Part shown: positions 38,145 to 50,756 of the stretch, piece after piece
Layout: every line of letters starts with the position of its first letter
Position numbering within the stretch: position 1 is the stretch's first letter
Assembly: GCA_964106915.2 (NCBI GenBank)
Contig: OZ066915.1
Direction: 5' to 3' (one strand)
DNA: 64,000 nucleotides
From: Podarcis gaigeae
Lineage: Eukaryota
The notes under the pieces: generated by a model
Told to the model about the DNA's origin: nothing
What the model saw: the letters and a program-made list of their open reading frames with translations, nothing else
The model's database searches: none
Program-made: the position numbers and the translations under genes

Positions 38145-38760
38145 TGTGCAGTTGGTGTCTTGGTGCAGTCAGCAAGCCTGCAGCTCCTGCCAGTGGAGAA
38201 GCAGAAGAGTCAGGTCTCTTGCTTGCCTGGACGGAAGCAGGCGCACCTCTTCTGCCCAGCCTTGCACTTGCAGGGCTGCTCCAGCTGAATGTTGCACAAC
38301 AAGTGGTACCTGAAAGTGGTGCTGCCTGTCTTCTGGGTGTGCAAGAAGACAATCGGCTTGTTGGCAGTGATGTGGAAGTTCACATGGCGCAGCAAGTCGG
38401 CTTCCAAGAAGTTCAGATGTGGCATGAAGCGCTGTGAGCTGTCGTCCTCTGCCTGGTAAGGGTCTCTTCCCAAGCCGGCTTGGCAGACCAACAGGGTGCA
38501 CAGGGCAGCCTCAGCCAGGCATTGCTGCAGCTGGCACTCATTGCCCAGGCACATGTCCTGCAGCACCAGACCCCTGAAAGGCAACAGTAGCACCAGCTCC
38601 CCAGTGCCAACACTCCTCCATGGCTGGGGTGGGCACATTGCCCCTGCCCAGTGGCCCCAGTCACCACCCCACCAGTGTCATTGCTGTTGTCCTCCTCGCA
38701 ACTGCCACCTCCATGACAGTGTGCATTGAAGAAGGACTCCCTCCGCCTTCTTCTGCCCTG
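38145..38760 (-). pseudogene. Decayed heparan-sulfate 6-O-sulfotransferase (HS6ST2-like) fragment, antisense in a VDR intron
   Basis: Minus strand gives VLQDMCLGNECQL...DPYQAEDDSSQRFMPHLNFLEADLLRHVNFHITANKPIVFLHTQKTGSTTFRYHLLCNIQLEQPCKCKAGQKRCACFRPGKQET*LFCFSTGRSCRLADCTK. This matches recalled HS6ST motifs IVFLHIQKTGGTTFGRHLVRNIQLEQPC and RPGKRETWLFSRFSTGWSCGLHADWTE. There is a W->stop at 38210-12, and the Kozak ATG at 38621 is out of frame. Confidence 0.9.
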
Positions 38761-39093
38761 GAGCTATAATTTTGGCTCTTTCTTGCATCATTAGAGTTTG
38801 TTATTCCGTCTTTGATTTCTCCTTCCCTTCCCCAAGGTTCAGAGTCCTCTTTCTAAGCAGGTGTGGGTTCCCTTCCAATTTGGCAGTGGGAAGATGCCAG
38901 CTATCTTGCTCAGTGCATGAGAGATTCAAGCAAAATATAGTTGACCGTTGAGCAACTTTAATGAACTTCCTGATTGGCAAAGTAGAGAGTGTTTAAGGTC
39001 TATCTGGTGGGTGGCGAGAAGAGGGTGTGACTTTAAGTAAGACCTCTCAAGTTAGGAGCAGGTGCAACCAAATGGTTGATTGGAGAGGACTCC

Positions 39094-39164
39094 GATTCCT
39101 GGAAAATAAGGTAACTTCTGGCCAAAACACAGATTCCTGGAAAATAAGGTAACTTCTGGCCAAA
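39094..39164. repeat. Perfect 33-bp direct duplication with 5-nt spacer
   Basis: gattcctggaaaataaggtaacttctggccaaa at 39094-126 and 39132-164. Confidence 0.9.
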
Positions 39165-40281
39165 GATAGGACCAGTAGATGTGCAGCAGAGACACTTCTA
39201 TTTATGGGTTATTCTAATGAGAAGCATGGGGACCTGTTCTGAGGCATGCTGCACTAGATAGTTGTATGTTTTAGGAAACAGTTTTACTTCATAAGATAAA
39301 CTTGCCCTCTTGGTGGCAGAGATTTGTTTTTGTATTCCCAGTCCTTTAGGGCAGATTTTCAAGACAATCTTCAATCTCAAAGTAATTTTTTATTTATTTA
39401 GATTTCATTAGTTTTGACATATTCTGTTTTGGTTTAGGTTCAGTTGGGGTTTGGGGTTGTTGTTGTTTTGCTTTTGGGCAGCGATTATTGTAACTACAGT
39501 ACCAGGGCTATTAGTTATTATGAGCTGATTCACATTTATACAATATGAAAAATATGCTAACAATAAGTAGAACAGCAAAACATGGAGCAAAAATGCATGT
39601 TTCTAAATATGCAGCGAACATAAGCTAGACAGTTGTGGCCACTTTCATCTCCCTGGTGCATGGCTACTGTATTACTACAAACATGCATTTCTGCTTTATA
39701 CTTTACAATGCATGCTGCTCCAAACCCTGGGCTTGTGCGTAGCACCCCCGCAATGTAAAGTGTGATTCAGCTCTTAACAGGTCAAGATTAAAATAAGGAA
39801 CTTCCACATTCAATTGCCCTTGCTCCTGCTGTTAGTATTGGAGACAGGCAGCATTCCTTTACTGCAGCTATAGCTTAACTGAGCTAATTCACAAGTCTTT
39901 TATGAAGGATAAATCACTGAATTATTCACAGATGTTCCCATCCTCCCCACCATCCTAAACTGTGTCATGGGATACATTATGTTTCCCCGTTAACAGATGG
40001 TGGTGACTAAAATTAATTAGTGGCCCGTTTAGAGGAGACTGAATTAATCTGCGCTTGCATGTCCACATGCATCATGTTCTAATTGCTGAATGGTTACCAG
40101 TCTAGTACAGAGCTAGAAGAGGTTGGCATACATGTAGTCACAGGGCATTCCACTTATAAGGGTGAGTAGTAGAAGCCCTTTGGTGATTGTCAGTTGTGTT
40201 TACATAGGGGTTGCTACATGTACACCAGTGCTGCTACAGTGAGCTCTGAAAAGTGTGTTTGGAGATGCCTATCTGCAAAAA

Positions 40282-40633
40282 GGGACGCGGGTGGCGCTGT
40301 GGGTAAAACCTCAGCGCCTAGGGCTTGCCGATCGCATGGTCCGCGGTTCGAATCCCTGCAGCGGGGTGAGCTCCCGTCTTTCGGTCCCACCTAGCAGTTC
40401 GAAAGCACCCCTAAAGTGCAAGTAGATAAATAGGTACCGCTTTCTAGCGGGAAGGTAAACGGTGTTTCTGTGTGCTGCGCTGGTGCCGGCTCGCCAGAGC
40501 AGCTTCGTCACGCTGGCCACGTGACCCGGAAGTGTCTCCGGACAGCGCTGGCCCCCGGCCTCTTAAGTGAGATGGGCGCACAACCCTAGAGTCGGACACG
40601 ACTGGCCCATACGGGCAGGGGTACCTTTACCTT
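40282..40633 (+). mobile_element. Sauria/Squam1 SINE, subfamily A variant
   Basis: TSD tatctgcaaaaa at 40270-81 and 40634-45. Confidence 0.92.
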
Positions 40634-42280
40634 TATCTGCAAAAAAGTGCTTGAGTATGAACCAGGGAATCATGGCCAGTGGTGGGTCTCCAGCATAAGC
40701 ACCTTGTGCTTGACATAACACCTGCCTTTGACCTTTCACTGTTTTCACACAATGAGAAACAGTAAAGAAACAATAAGATTCATCTCTCTTGTAAAGTGTG
40801 AACTGGCCCGGAATTTGCAGTCTGACTTGTCACACTTGTGGGATATTGGAGCAGTGATGAGTGGAACGTCTTAGGGTATTGATCTTTTTCAGCAATCCCT
40901 TGGAAGTATAGCAAGCTGCTTCTCATTTTCCTCATTAGTAACTCATGTGTCGCTCAAAAGCTAGTATACTGTTCACTTTACCAAAATATCTTGTGATGGA
41001 ATATCTCACTACCGATCTTGTAACACTGTGGATCAGTGAGATGGGCAGTTTATGTTCTGCATCTGCCTACTGGCTTATGCCATGTTAAGCATACCAAGCT
41101 CACTCTTGTAAGTACAGTATGTCATCATTTTCTTACGTAACTGCATGAAGAGGACATTCTATGGAAGTCAGAGGAGTCCCTTCAAAGATTCTTCCCCCAC
41201 TCCTTAAAAGACAGACCAAGAAAAATCTGCAAAGGCAAAATGCATTTAACACCTAGCTAGTTTTTAAACCCGTCCACCCAGTCTAGTCAGCCTTTTTAAA
41301 TGTTATACCCAATTACATTTATTTACATAAACAGAAATGTGCAACTAGGGGAAAGGTAGAGATGTCAAATACTTCCTAACGACAGCAACAGCAGCAACAG
41401 CAGTGAAGGACATTTGCTTTCAATTGCCTTGTATAAGGAGAGAGACTTACTTTTCTCCATGACTTCATAAAACAGTGGAGAAAAGGAGATTGCCATTCTT
41501 CCAAGGTTACACGGTGGCCTTGTTTGTACGTCACACTAAACTATGGTTTTGTCTGAACACATAGAGAGGAGATTATGGCCGTTTTGCTCGTCCCTGGTCA
41601 TCTTGTTGCTGTGTCAAGCTGAGACATAGTTTGCCTTCATGTGTCATTTGAGCCTTTCCTCGTGGTTTAGCTTCCCCAGAAAAACCACGAGCCATAAACC
41701 AAATGGCAAACCTTGGTTATAGTTCATGGTTAGTCTGGAGAGAGGGAAACCACGAGCCAGATTCAGATAACACAGTAAGCCAAACTATAACTTAGCTCAG
41801 GACAGCGCAGCAACAAAACACTCAGGGAGGAGGTAGCAAAGAAGCTACAATCCAGGAGCTAACGTATTTGGGCTACACCAGTATGGGAAAGCTCCTGATT
41901 CCTGCTCCAGTGATGCTGCCTCTTGTCATTCTCTGAATTTCTTTGTCCAGTAGACCATTGAGATAATATCCAAGCTTTATCAGGGTCTCACGAGTCTTTT
42001 AAGAAAAGAAAAACACTAGGCAGTTCTTGCTTCACTTCTGAGTCTATATGTGTCACCTTTGCAGACTGTTGTGTATCTATGCTCCTGCCACATTCTTTGT
42101 CAACTTCATGTATCTGTTGACGATTATTGCTAATGGAAACTCATGGAGCAAACCAGTTAGTCTTTTCTGGAAATTCTTTCATTTTGCTGCTTTGGACTAT
42201 TTTCCCTCAGATTTATAAAGTAATCAGAAATGCTTGAAAATTGTCAAATGCTACATCTTTGTTTTTGAGTTGAATTCTGG

Positions 42281-42316
42281 GTTTGTTTGTTTGTTTGTTT
42301 GTTTGTTTGTTTGTTT
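42281..42316. repeat. (GTTT)n microsatellite
   Basis: Read directly. Confidence 0.92.
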
Positions 42317-42710
42317 CTTCTATTCAGTTCCTAAATAGTTCTCCAACTTTAGATGGCTCTATTTGAGCCATTCAGACTGTGGTTAATGTTTTCCTGTTTA
42401 TGGTACGAGTTGCATCCGTTGGACAAGAAACTGTGTTTTTCTGTTTGTGTTCCTTAAAATATTAAGTTCTTTTTAGAAAGAAAACCATGAAGACGTGCAG
42501 ATGGTTACTGTTTTCAAAGTATAGTAACAGGGCAGATTTTTAAATAAAATAACCAGATTTCTTAGAAACAGAACAGTAGCTATTTAGGGGATGTTTATTC
42601 CATGCCTGGTAAATACTTTTACGTTGCCCATTTAGCTCGTTTTGTATGCAGGTCTGCCACACTGTTTGTTTTCTGAATGGTAACCATGCAAAACTGATGT
42701 ATTTTCCTAA

Positions 42711-42896
<186 letters not shown>

Positions 42897-45179
42897 TAAA
42901 CATGTAGCACAACAGAAACATTGCAATAATCCAAGAGTGTGAAAATCCAGATCACTTCCTCAAGTCACTTTGATTCACTTAAATACATTTTGAAAATTCC
43001 ATCCTCCGTGTTTGATTCACTTTTTTAAAGGAGGAGGCGAAAGTTGGTTCCTTTACCTAGATTTCCCCAATAGTCGTATTTTGTCAATATGTGGGTGTTC
43101 CCCTGCCTTAAAAATAATAATTTAGATACCTAAACGCTTCTTAATACAAAAGTTAAAGCATGTGTCTACCTAGGCGAAAGAGGTGTGTGTGTTTGTAGTA
43201 GATCTAACCTGAAAGGTATTTGTATCCCTTCACCTTTTCAGTGTCTGGCTAAGAAGATTATTAGGCAAGAGGGTAAGAGAGAGGATCAGCAGTCTTGTCA
43301 AGATGGAAGTGTAGTAAATCATTGATAGTCTGTTTAGAATTTAGAATTGTTTTAGGCCATTTGCTAGCAAACTAGCAAAATTTGAAACCAGAAAACATTT
43401 ATTGCCTATACTTCTATGAGTTCCCATTAAGTCTGGGGCAGGGAGAGGTGGGGACAAAGTAATTGGTGGCAGGTCTACCACTGGGTATAGATCAACAGAA
43501 TCTCTGTGCTGCTGTAACCAAACTTGTTCACTCACCTGGAAACTTTTATAGGGATTGGGGAGTATCACATTAAGAACTCTAGCATAATTCCCATCTAGTC
43601 TTTTTCTAGGTCCTTCCTGCAGCCTAATCTTCAGTGGTGGTGCATAGTCTTAAAATCTATTGTCTGACATCCTGGTGTGGGCTAGGTTCCTGGCAGATGG
43701 CATTACTGTGTTAAAGAAACTGGCAAGAAATTATCAGTGTCTAATATAACAATGGGGAACCTTGGATGCTTCAGATGTTGCTGGGCTATAATTCATATCA
43801 TCGCTGGCCATTGGCCATGCTTGCCGTGACTGATGGGAGTTGTAGCTCAGCAACATTTGGAGAGCCAAAGGCTCCCTACATCAGCTCTACTATGTAGATC
43901 AGGGGTAGGCAATGTAGTATGCTATACAAGTTTTTGACTACCACTCTTTGAGATTGGTTTGAGTTGCAGTAGGGCTGCCATACGTCCGGAATTTCCTGAA
44001 CATAGCTGGGATTCGGTTGTCAAAAACATCCATAGTTGTAGTCTATAACATCAGAATGACACCATGTTAGCTACTCCTGATGGAGATTCTTGGTCCTTCT
44101 TGTGCTTGCTGGGCTTAGAACTGGCAGTATCCTTGATTTGATTTGTATTCTGTATTGTATTCAATGTTTGTTATGCTCAGAATAGATCCGCTGGAATTAA
44201 TTAACATGACTAATTTAGGCCTATTGATTTCAATGAGTCTCCTCTGATTTTAGTTTAGCAGGCAACAACATTCTGTTTCCTTTCACCTTTGTAAGCAGCC
44301 AAATCTTCCTTACTCAGCAGTCATTTGAAACTGTAACACCAATATTTATTTTGGAAATCAACTCCCTAGCACATAATTATTAGTTAACTAACTGCAGAAA
44401 CTAGTGATTGGAAGGAGTCCATGTAATCTTGCCCAGTTTGTGTTCACTGTGGTCAGATTAATGTAGCATTTCTTCCTTCTCTTCCAGAGAAAGTGCCCTC
44501 TTTACTTTGCTGGCAGTCAAAGTAGATGTGCTATTGTTTTACTAGAGCAATATAATGTGTGAAAGTATAATTTTTTTAATGGTATTTTGAGCTGTTAGTT
44601 GCTGTGATAATAGAAGCACTTCCTTTCCTTATGACTCAGACTGCTGCTTTACTGGAATTGTTCCCCTTCTGAGGAAGCATAACTCATCCAGGGCTGTTCC
44701 ATTCTCCTCTTTCTAACTTAGGAGGGATGTAAAGTTTATAGCAGCCATTCTGTGTTAGGTTTTTTTTAAAAGTTTCTAGGAGGTGTGGACTATTAGTGCA
44801 CACTTGCCACAGGCACGCAAATATTCACACACATTCAGGCACTGTTTCTTGTGTGTGTGCATGCATGCACGAGCCCACACAGATATTCATACATCCCCTA
44901 CTCTCTTAGCAAACACTCAAGCTGACACACATACTTATTTAGATACGCACTCCCACCTTGTGCTTTTCCCCCTGGGGGGACGCAGAGGTATGCATACGCC
45001 TAAACATTTTGTGAATCTATATTTGGCCTCCTTGAGGGGCAGTATTTCAATATGAGTAGGAAAATGAGAGTACCCCTAAACATTTTTTTTTTTAGAAAAA
45101 GCACTGCTCCCACCTACTACTCTGCCATTCAGCAGAGCACACAGAAGAGGCACAAGGGATTTTCTTTCCCATCAAAACA

Positions 45180-45657
45180 CTGTAATGGAGTTGGAAGGGA
45201 CCCCAACGGTCATTTAGTCCAACCCCCTTCAATGCAGGAATCTCAGTTAAAGCATCTGAGACATATGGCCATCCAAACTCTGCTTAAAAACCTCCTGTGA
45301 AAGAGAGTCCAGAGCCTCTTGAGGGAGTCCATTCCACAGCCGAACATCTCTTAGTAACAGAAAGTTTTCCTGATGTTTAGTTGGAATCTCCTTTCTTGTA
45401 ACTTGAATCCATTGGTTGGAGTCCTGCGCTCCAGGGCAGGAAAAAATGAGCTTGCTCCATCTTCCATGTGACAGCCCTTGAGATATTTGAAGATGGCTAT
45501 CATATCTCTTCTCAGTCTCCTCTTTTCCAGGTTAAGCATACCCAGCTCTTCCTACTGTTCCTCATATGGCTTGGTTTCAAGACCCTTGCCCATCTTGGTT
45601 GCCCTCTTCTGCACATGTTGCTGCTTGTCAATATCCTTCTTAAATTGTGGCGCCCAG
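45180..45657 (-). mobile_element. CR1 LINE 3' fragment
   Basis: Minus [24 protein letters not shown]...[18 protein letters not shown] is typical of the CR1 ORF2 C-terminus. Confidence 0.88.
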
Positions 45658-46112
45658 TTAGATGACTGTACTTAGATTACTGCAACTTGTTATACTTGGG
45701 ACTGCCTCTGAGGACAGTTCAGAAACTTCAGCTTGTGCAGAATTCAGTGGCCAGTTTGCTCACCAGGACAAGACAGTTTGAGTATATAAGACCAATCCTG
45801 GCTTGACTGCACTGGCTGCCAGTTAGTTTCCAGGCTCAATTCAAAGTGCAGGTTTTGACCTATAAAGCCTTAAACGGCACAAGACCGCAATATCTCAAGG
45901 ACCACCTCTCCACATATGAACCTACGCAGAACCTGCAATCATCTTCACGTACCTTCTTGTGACAGGTCTGGAGGGCAGCAACTCAAGAATGGGCCTTTTC
46001 TGCAGTGGCTCCCCACTTGTGGAATGGTCTCTTTAGAGAGGTACGCCTGGCGCCTTTGTTACATATCTTTATGCGCCGGACAAAATCAGTCCTCTTCTTC
46101 CAGGCCTTTGGC
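45658..46112 (+). mobile_element. L2-clade LINE 3' fragment
   Basis: Translates LDYCNLLYLGLPLRTVQKLQLVQN...LHWLPVSFQAQFKVQVLTYKALNG. Confidence 0.85.
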
Positions 46113-46113
46113 T

Positions 46114-46626
46114 AATTTTTCGCTTCATAAGACGTACCTGACCATAAGACGCACCTAGTTTTTAGAAGGGGAATTCAAGAAAAAAAATATTCTTTAAAGG
46201 GAGTGCTGAGCAGAGCCTGTATGCATCCCAGGATCTGCTCAGCGCTCCCTTTAAAGAGCCGCATGGAGCGTGTTTGCGGCTCTTGGGGGCTTTTCCACGA
46301 GGAGGGAGAAGGGACTGATGGGCTGCCCTCTGTCCCTTCCCCCACCTCCCGGAAAAGCCAGCAAGAGCCACACGCTCTTTAAAGAGCCGCTTGAAGTGTG
46401 TGTGCAGCTCTTGGGGGCTTTTCCCCGAGGAGGGAGCAGGGACTTACGGGCTGCCCTTCTCCCTCCTCAGGGAAAAGCCCCCAAGAGCCGCACACATACT
46501 CCACGCGGCTCTTTAAAGGGAGCACTGAGCAGAGCCTTCCGCCTGCATTCGCTCCATGAGACACACACACATTTCCCCTTACTTTTTAGGAGGGAAAAGG
46601 TGTGTCTTATGGAGCGAAAAATACAG
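46114..46626. mobile_element. Tc2-like MITE related to 12360, with expanded palindromic interior
   Basis: Shares cataagacgcacctagtttt and acacatttccccttactttttaggagggaaaa with the 12360 copy. Right TIR intact, left TIR eroded. Confidence 0.8.
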
Positions 46627-46650
46627 TAAACAGTCTATGACCCTTTAAAC

Positions 46651-46907
46651 CAGGGGTAGGCAACCTAAGGCCCGTGGGCTGGATGCAACCCAATCGCCTT
46701 CTCAATCCAGCCTGTGGATGGTCCGGGAATCAACGTGTTTTTACGTGAGTAGAATGTGTGCTTTTATTTAAATTGCATCTCTAGGTTATTTGTGGGGCAT
46801 AGGAATTCGTTCATTTCCCCCCCCCCTTTCAAAATTTAGTCCAGCCCACCACATGGTCTGAGAGACGGTGGACCCGGCCCACGGCTGAAAAAGGTTGCTG
46901 ACCCCTG
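46651..46907. mobile_element. hAT (Charlie-like) MITE
   Basis: TIR CAGGGGTAGGCAACCT / AGGTTGCTGACCCCTG. 8-bp TSD ctttaaac / ctttaaat. Confidence 0.82.
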
Positions 46908-46969
46908 CTTTAAATGGTTGTGGGGCATTGTTTTCGTTGTTTATCGTGCTGTATATTTTTGCGTTTCTA

Positions 46970-47194
46970 CAGTGGTACCTCGGGTTACATATGCTTCAGG
47001 TTACATACGCTTCAGGTTACAGACTCCGCTAACCCAGAAATAGTGCTTCAGGTTAAGAACTATGCTTCAGGATAAGAACAGAAATCGTGCTCTGGCAGCG
47101 CGGCGACAGCAGGAGGCCCCATTAGCTACAGTGGTGTTTCAGGTTAAGAACGGGCCTCCAGAACGAATTAAGCACTTAACCCGAGGTACCACTG
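46970..47194. mobile_element. Tigger-like MITE family 1
   Basis: Same TIRs and TA TSD. Confidence 0.9.
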
Positions 47195-48254
47195 TATATT
47201 GTAAGCCACCCTGTATTGTAATCAAACAAAGGATCTCAATAGCAAGAGACCGTTCTCCTGTAACAGTGTTTCCCTCTAACCCACCCACCCAAATGCTACT
47301 CATTAGACAGGTAGCATTTAAATGGAGTCAATGCCTTTGTGGAATAATTGTGCATAGCAAGCTCTGAAGAGAGCTGAGGACTTTGATTCCTGCAGTCCTT
47401 TGCGGGAGTAAGGGGCAGCTCCAGTGGAACTGCACTTACATTGCCTAGTTCGTAAATTTGGCAAGGCTACCATGAAACCTCAGTAGCGGCATGGGGTGTC
47501 CCTCTACCCTCTTCCCCACCTTTGGATATTGTTTTACATATTACATTGAACGTAACTGAAAGACTTTGTAATATGATCAAGAAAAAAAGTGAAAGACATT
47601 GCACGTTATTTCTAGTTCATGAAAATCTTCAATGAAAATTATTTCAATAAATTAATAAATAAATTATTCTTTTCGTGAAATAGTTACATGATTAAGGAAA
47701 CCTTAACTGACTCCAGCTAAAAATAGCCTTTCCCGGCTGTCCGCTAGTTAAATGAATGGGAACAGAATGTGCTTCAAAGAGCTCTAGGCCAAATTACTAA
47801 AAGGGTCGTGCTCTCTGTTAGGGTGCTAACTAGCTGGGTTTTTTTTTTTCCCTGGAAGCAGCTGTTGCAATCCATACTACATCCTGGATTTAGCATTCCA
47901 CTTCTGTGAACTAAGGTTTGTATCCAACAAACTCATCCCATTAACGCAAGAGCCTTCCATGAGTACTAACGTAGCGCTAATTCTTTCCAAGGCTGGCAGT
48001 TCTCAAAACATCCTAATTAAATAGTAAACAAGAGTGACTCTGTTAATCTGCCACTATCGTTGGCCTTGCTTCTTTTGACAACAGCCTGTCCGCTGTGAGT
48101 TTGTGCCTGACTGTTCCCTCAGCTTCAGCTACAAAAGTTTTGGCCTTGAAGGGTTCACCTAATTACATTCCTTTGCACAGGCACCTTGACCACCCGAATC
48201 CCACACATAGATAAACCTTATGTTGTAGCAAGGGATGGAAGAGATTTGGATTTA

Positions 48255-49220
48255 CAGTGGTGCCTCGCAAGACGAAATTAATTCGTTCCGCAAGTCTTTT
48301 CGTCTTGCGAGTTTTTCGTCTTGCGAAGCACGGTTTCCCATAGGAATGCATTGAAAATCAATCAATGCGTTCCTATGGAAACCGCCTTCAGACCAGGTTT
48401 GGGGACAGTCTGTCCCCCGACCTCTTCTGAAGGCCGACGGGGGGCGAAAGTCTTTGCTTCCCCCCCCCCTTCCCGGGACAGCGGAGACTTCTCTGCTGTC
48501 CGGGGCGATCTTAAAATGCTGGCGGGCGGCAACGCTGCCGCCCGCCAGCATTTTAAAATCCCCCGGGAAGGCAGGCAGGGGGGACAAAGACTTTTGCCCC
48601 CCACCCGCCTTCAGCAGAGGTCCAGAGGGCTCTCCAAGCTGCGGATAGCAGCCTGCTGCCCCGCGCGAGGGGCGCTCTTAAGCAGAGCGCCCCTCGCGCG
48701 GCGCAGACATTCGCAGCTTGGGGAACCCTGCAGGACTTCCCCGCAGGGCTCTCCAAGCGGCGAATGTCGGCCCCGCGCGAGGGGCGCTCTGCTTAAGAGC
48801 GCCCCTCGCGCGGGGCAGCAGGCTGCGCACCTTCCCCTCTGTTCCCGGACCTGTCCTGAAGGCTTGCGGTGGGAGGAGGGCTTTCCTCCCCACCGCCAAC
48901 ATTCAGAATGCTGTTCTGAATGTTGGCGGTGGGGAGGAAAAACCCTCCTCCCACCGCAAGCCCCGGGAACAGAGGAGAAGCGCTGCGCACCTTCCCCTCT
49001 GTTCCCGGACCTCCCACCTCAAGCCTTAGGACAGGTCCGGGAACAGAGGAGAAGGCGCGCTGCGCTTCCCCACTGTCCCCGGAGATTTCCCTATGGGCTT
49101 TCGTCTTGCGAAGCAAGCCCATAGGGAAATTCGTCTTGCGAAGCCGCTAAAAAATCGGAAAACCCTTTCGTCTTGCGGGTTTTTCGTTTAGCGAGGCATT
49201 CGTCTTGCGGGGCACCACTG
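48255..49220. mobile_element. Tc1/mariner (Tigger/pogo-like) non-autonomous element with palindromic GC-rich interior
   Basis: TIR CAGTGGTGCCTCGCAAGACGAA / TTCGTCTTGCGGGGCACCACTG, TA TSD, multiple subterminal TTCGTCTTGCG motifs. Confidence 0.9.
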
Positions 49221-49429
49221 TACTGTACTAAGCTGGAACATGCAAGACTAGACAAAGGAAAAGTCTGCCAATGGGAAATATTTTAAGTCAGCAGCAGGAC
49301 ATAAAGTCTTTTTCAAGGACATGCTAGATAAGAGAAAAAAGTCTACTTAGGATGAAGACAGGAGCTCTTGAACAAGTTGACAGGTGCTGGACAAGTCATG
49401 CTACAGGAGGTTTACAAAAGAGGTGCAAA

Positions 49430-49710
49430 GAAGCTTTGCCTTATGAGGAATGGTTGAAGGAGCTGGGTATGTTTAGCCTGGAAAAGAGGAGACTGAGAGG
49501 AGATATGATAGCCATCTTCAAATATCTCAAGGGCTGTGACATGGAAGAGGGAACAAGCTTATTTCCCCCCCTGCTCTGGACGGTAGGACTTGAAGTAATG
49601 GATTCAAGTTACAAGAAAGGATATTCCTACTAAACATCAGGAAAAACTTTCTGACAGTAAGAGCTGTTGACAGTGGAATGGTCTCCCTCAGGAGGTTGTG
49701 GACTCTTTCA
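49430..49710 (+). mobile_element. CR1 LINE 3' fragment
   Basis: [33 protein letters not shown]. Confidence 0.88.
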
Positions 49711-49874
49711 CAGAAGGTCTTGCCTTGCCAAGACCTTTGATGAAGTAGGCTTGCACACTGGGAAGGTCACTTCAGTGCGGCTAACACACTGGTTTTGCTT
49801 CACCCCTGGAGGCACACTCCATTGTCTTTTGAGACATGTGTATATCAAGAAGGGCAGGACCTGGGTTGAGTATG

Positions 49875-49876
<2 letters not shown>

Positions 49877-49906
<30 letters not shown>
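49877..49906. repeat. (GT)n microsatellite
   Basis: Read directly. Confidence 0.92.
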
Positions 49907-49907
<1 letters not shown>

Positions 49908-50407
49908 AGTGTCACAAGTTACTTCAATTTGTCTATAATGTGAAGTAAAAAGTACCTTGGGTTTTCATGTTAATTTTGATCTGCATCACTAACTAATAGC
50001 ATTCATATATTATGCTAATTTAACAAAAAATTGAATATATGATGCATTTTTCTGGTGATGTGTGACTGGATATGGAATCAATTTTTGACTTGTGTTTGAT
50101 TTTAAGGAGAAACATAGGTGATTTTGTGTAATTATGATGATGTGTTTTGTTTTTTCTCATGTAAGTCTCATGTCTGAAAATTGAGATGCAGTGGGGCGGG
50201 GAGGGGAAGAATGTGAAAACACTGGAAAGTATGAAAGGGAATAAATCCTATGATAGCATGATGGTGAAAGAGCTGACAGAATATATGGCTGCAGGAACAA
50301 CTTGATGTTAATGGGAAAGAGCATAAAGGTGATAAAGCCTATGCAAAGGATGGGCCTGTTTACTTAGGAATGTAGAGCAGTGAAAACCTCATATAAAACA
50401 GGCAGTA

Positions 50408-50756
50408 AGGTAAAGGGACCCCTGACCATTAGGTCCAGTCGTGGCCAACTCTGGGGTTGCAGTGCTCATCTCGCTTTGTTAGCTGAGGGAGCTGGCATAT
50501 AGCTTCTGGGTCATGTGACCAGCATGACTGAGCCGCTTCTGGTGAACCAGAGCAGCACACAGAAACGCCGTTTACCTTCCCGCTGGAGTGGTACCTATTT
50601 ATCTACTTGCACTTTGACATGCTTTTGAACTGCTAGGTTGGCAGGAGCAGGGACTGAGCAACGGGAGCTCACCCCGTTGCAGGGATTTGAACCGCCAACC
50701 TTCTGATCGGCAAGTCCTAGGCTCTGTGGTTTAACCCACAGCGCCACCTGCGTCCC
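50408..50756 (-). mobile_element. Sauria/Squam1 SINE, subfamily B
   Basis: Reverse complement of the 31826 consensus. TSD unclear. Confidence 0.9.

Noticed and set aside
38210-38638. 142-aa ORF as a functional HS6ST gene
   Set aside because: Premature stop at a conserved Trp, damaged PAPS-binding motif, out-of-frame start and no downstream exons.
48321-49124. 267-aa ORF and overlapping ORFs
   Set aside because: They lie wholly within a GC-rich palindromic transposon, have no transposase or domain motifs, and stop codons are simply rare there.
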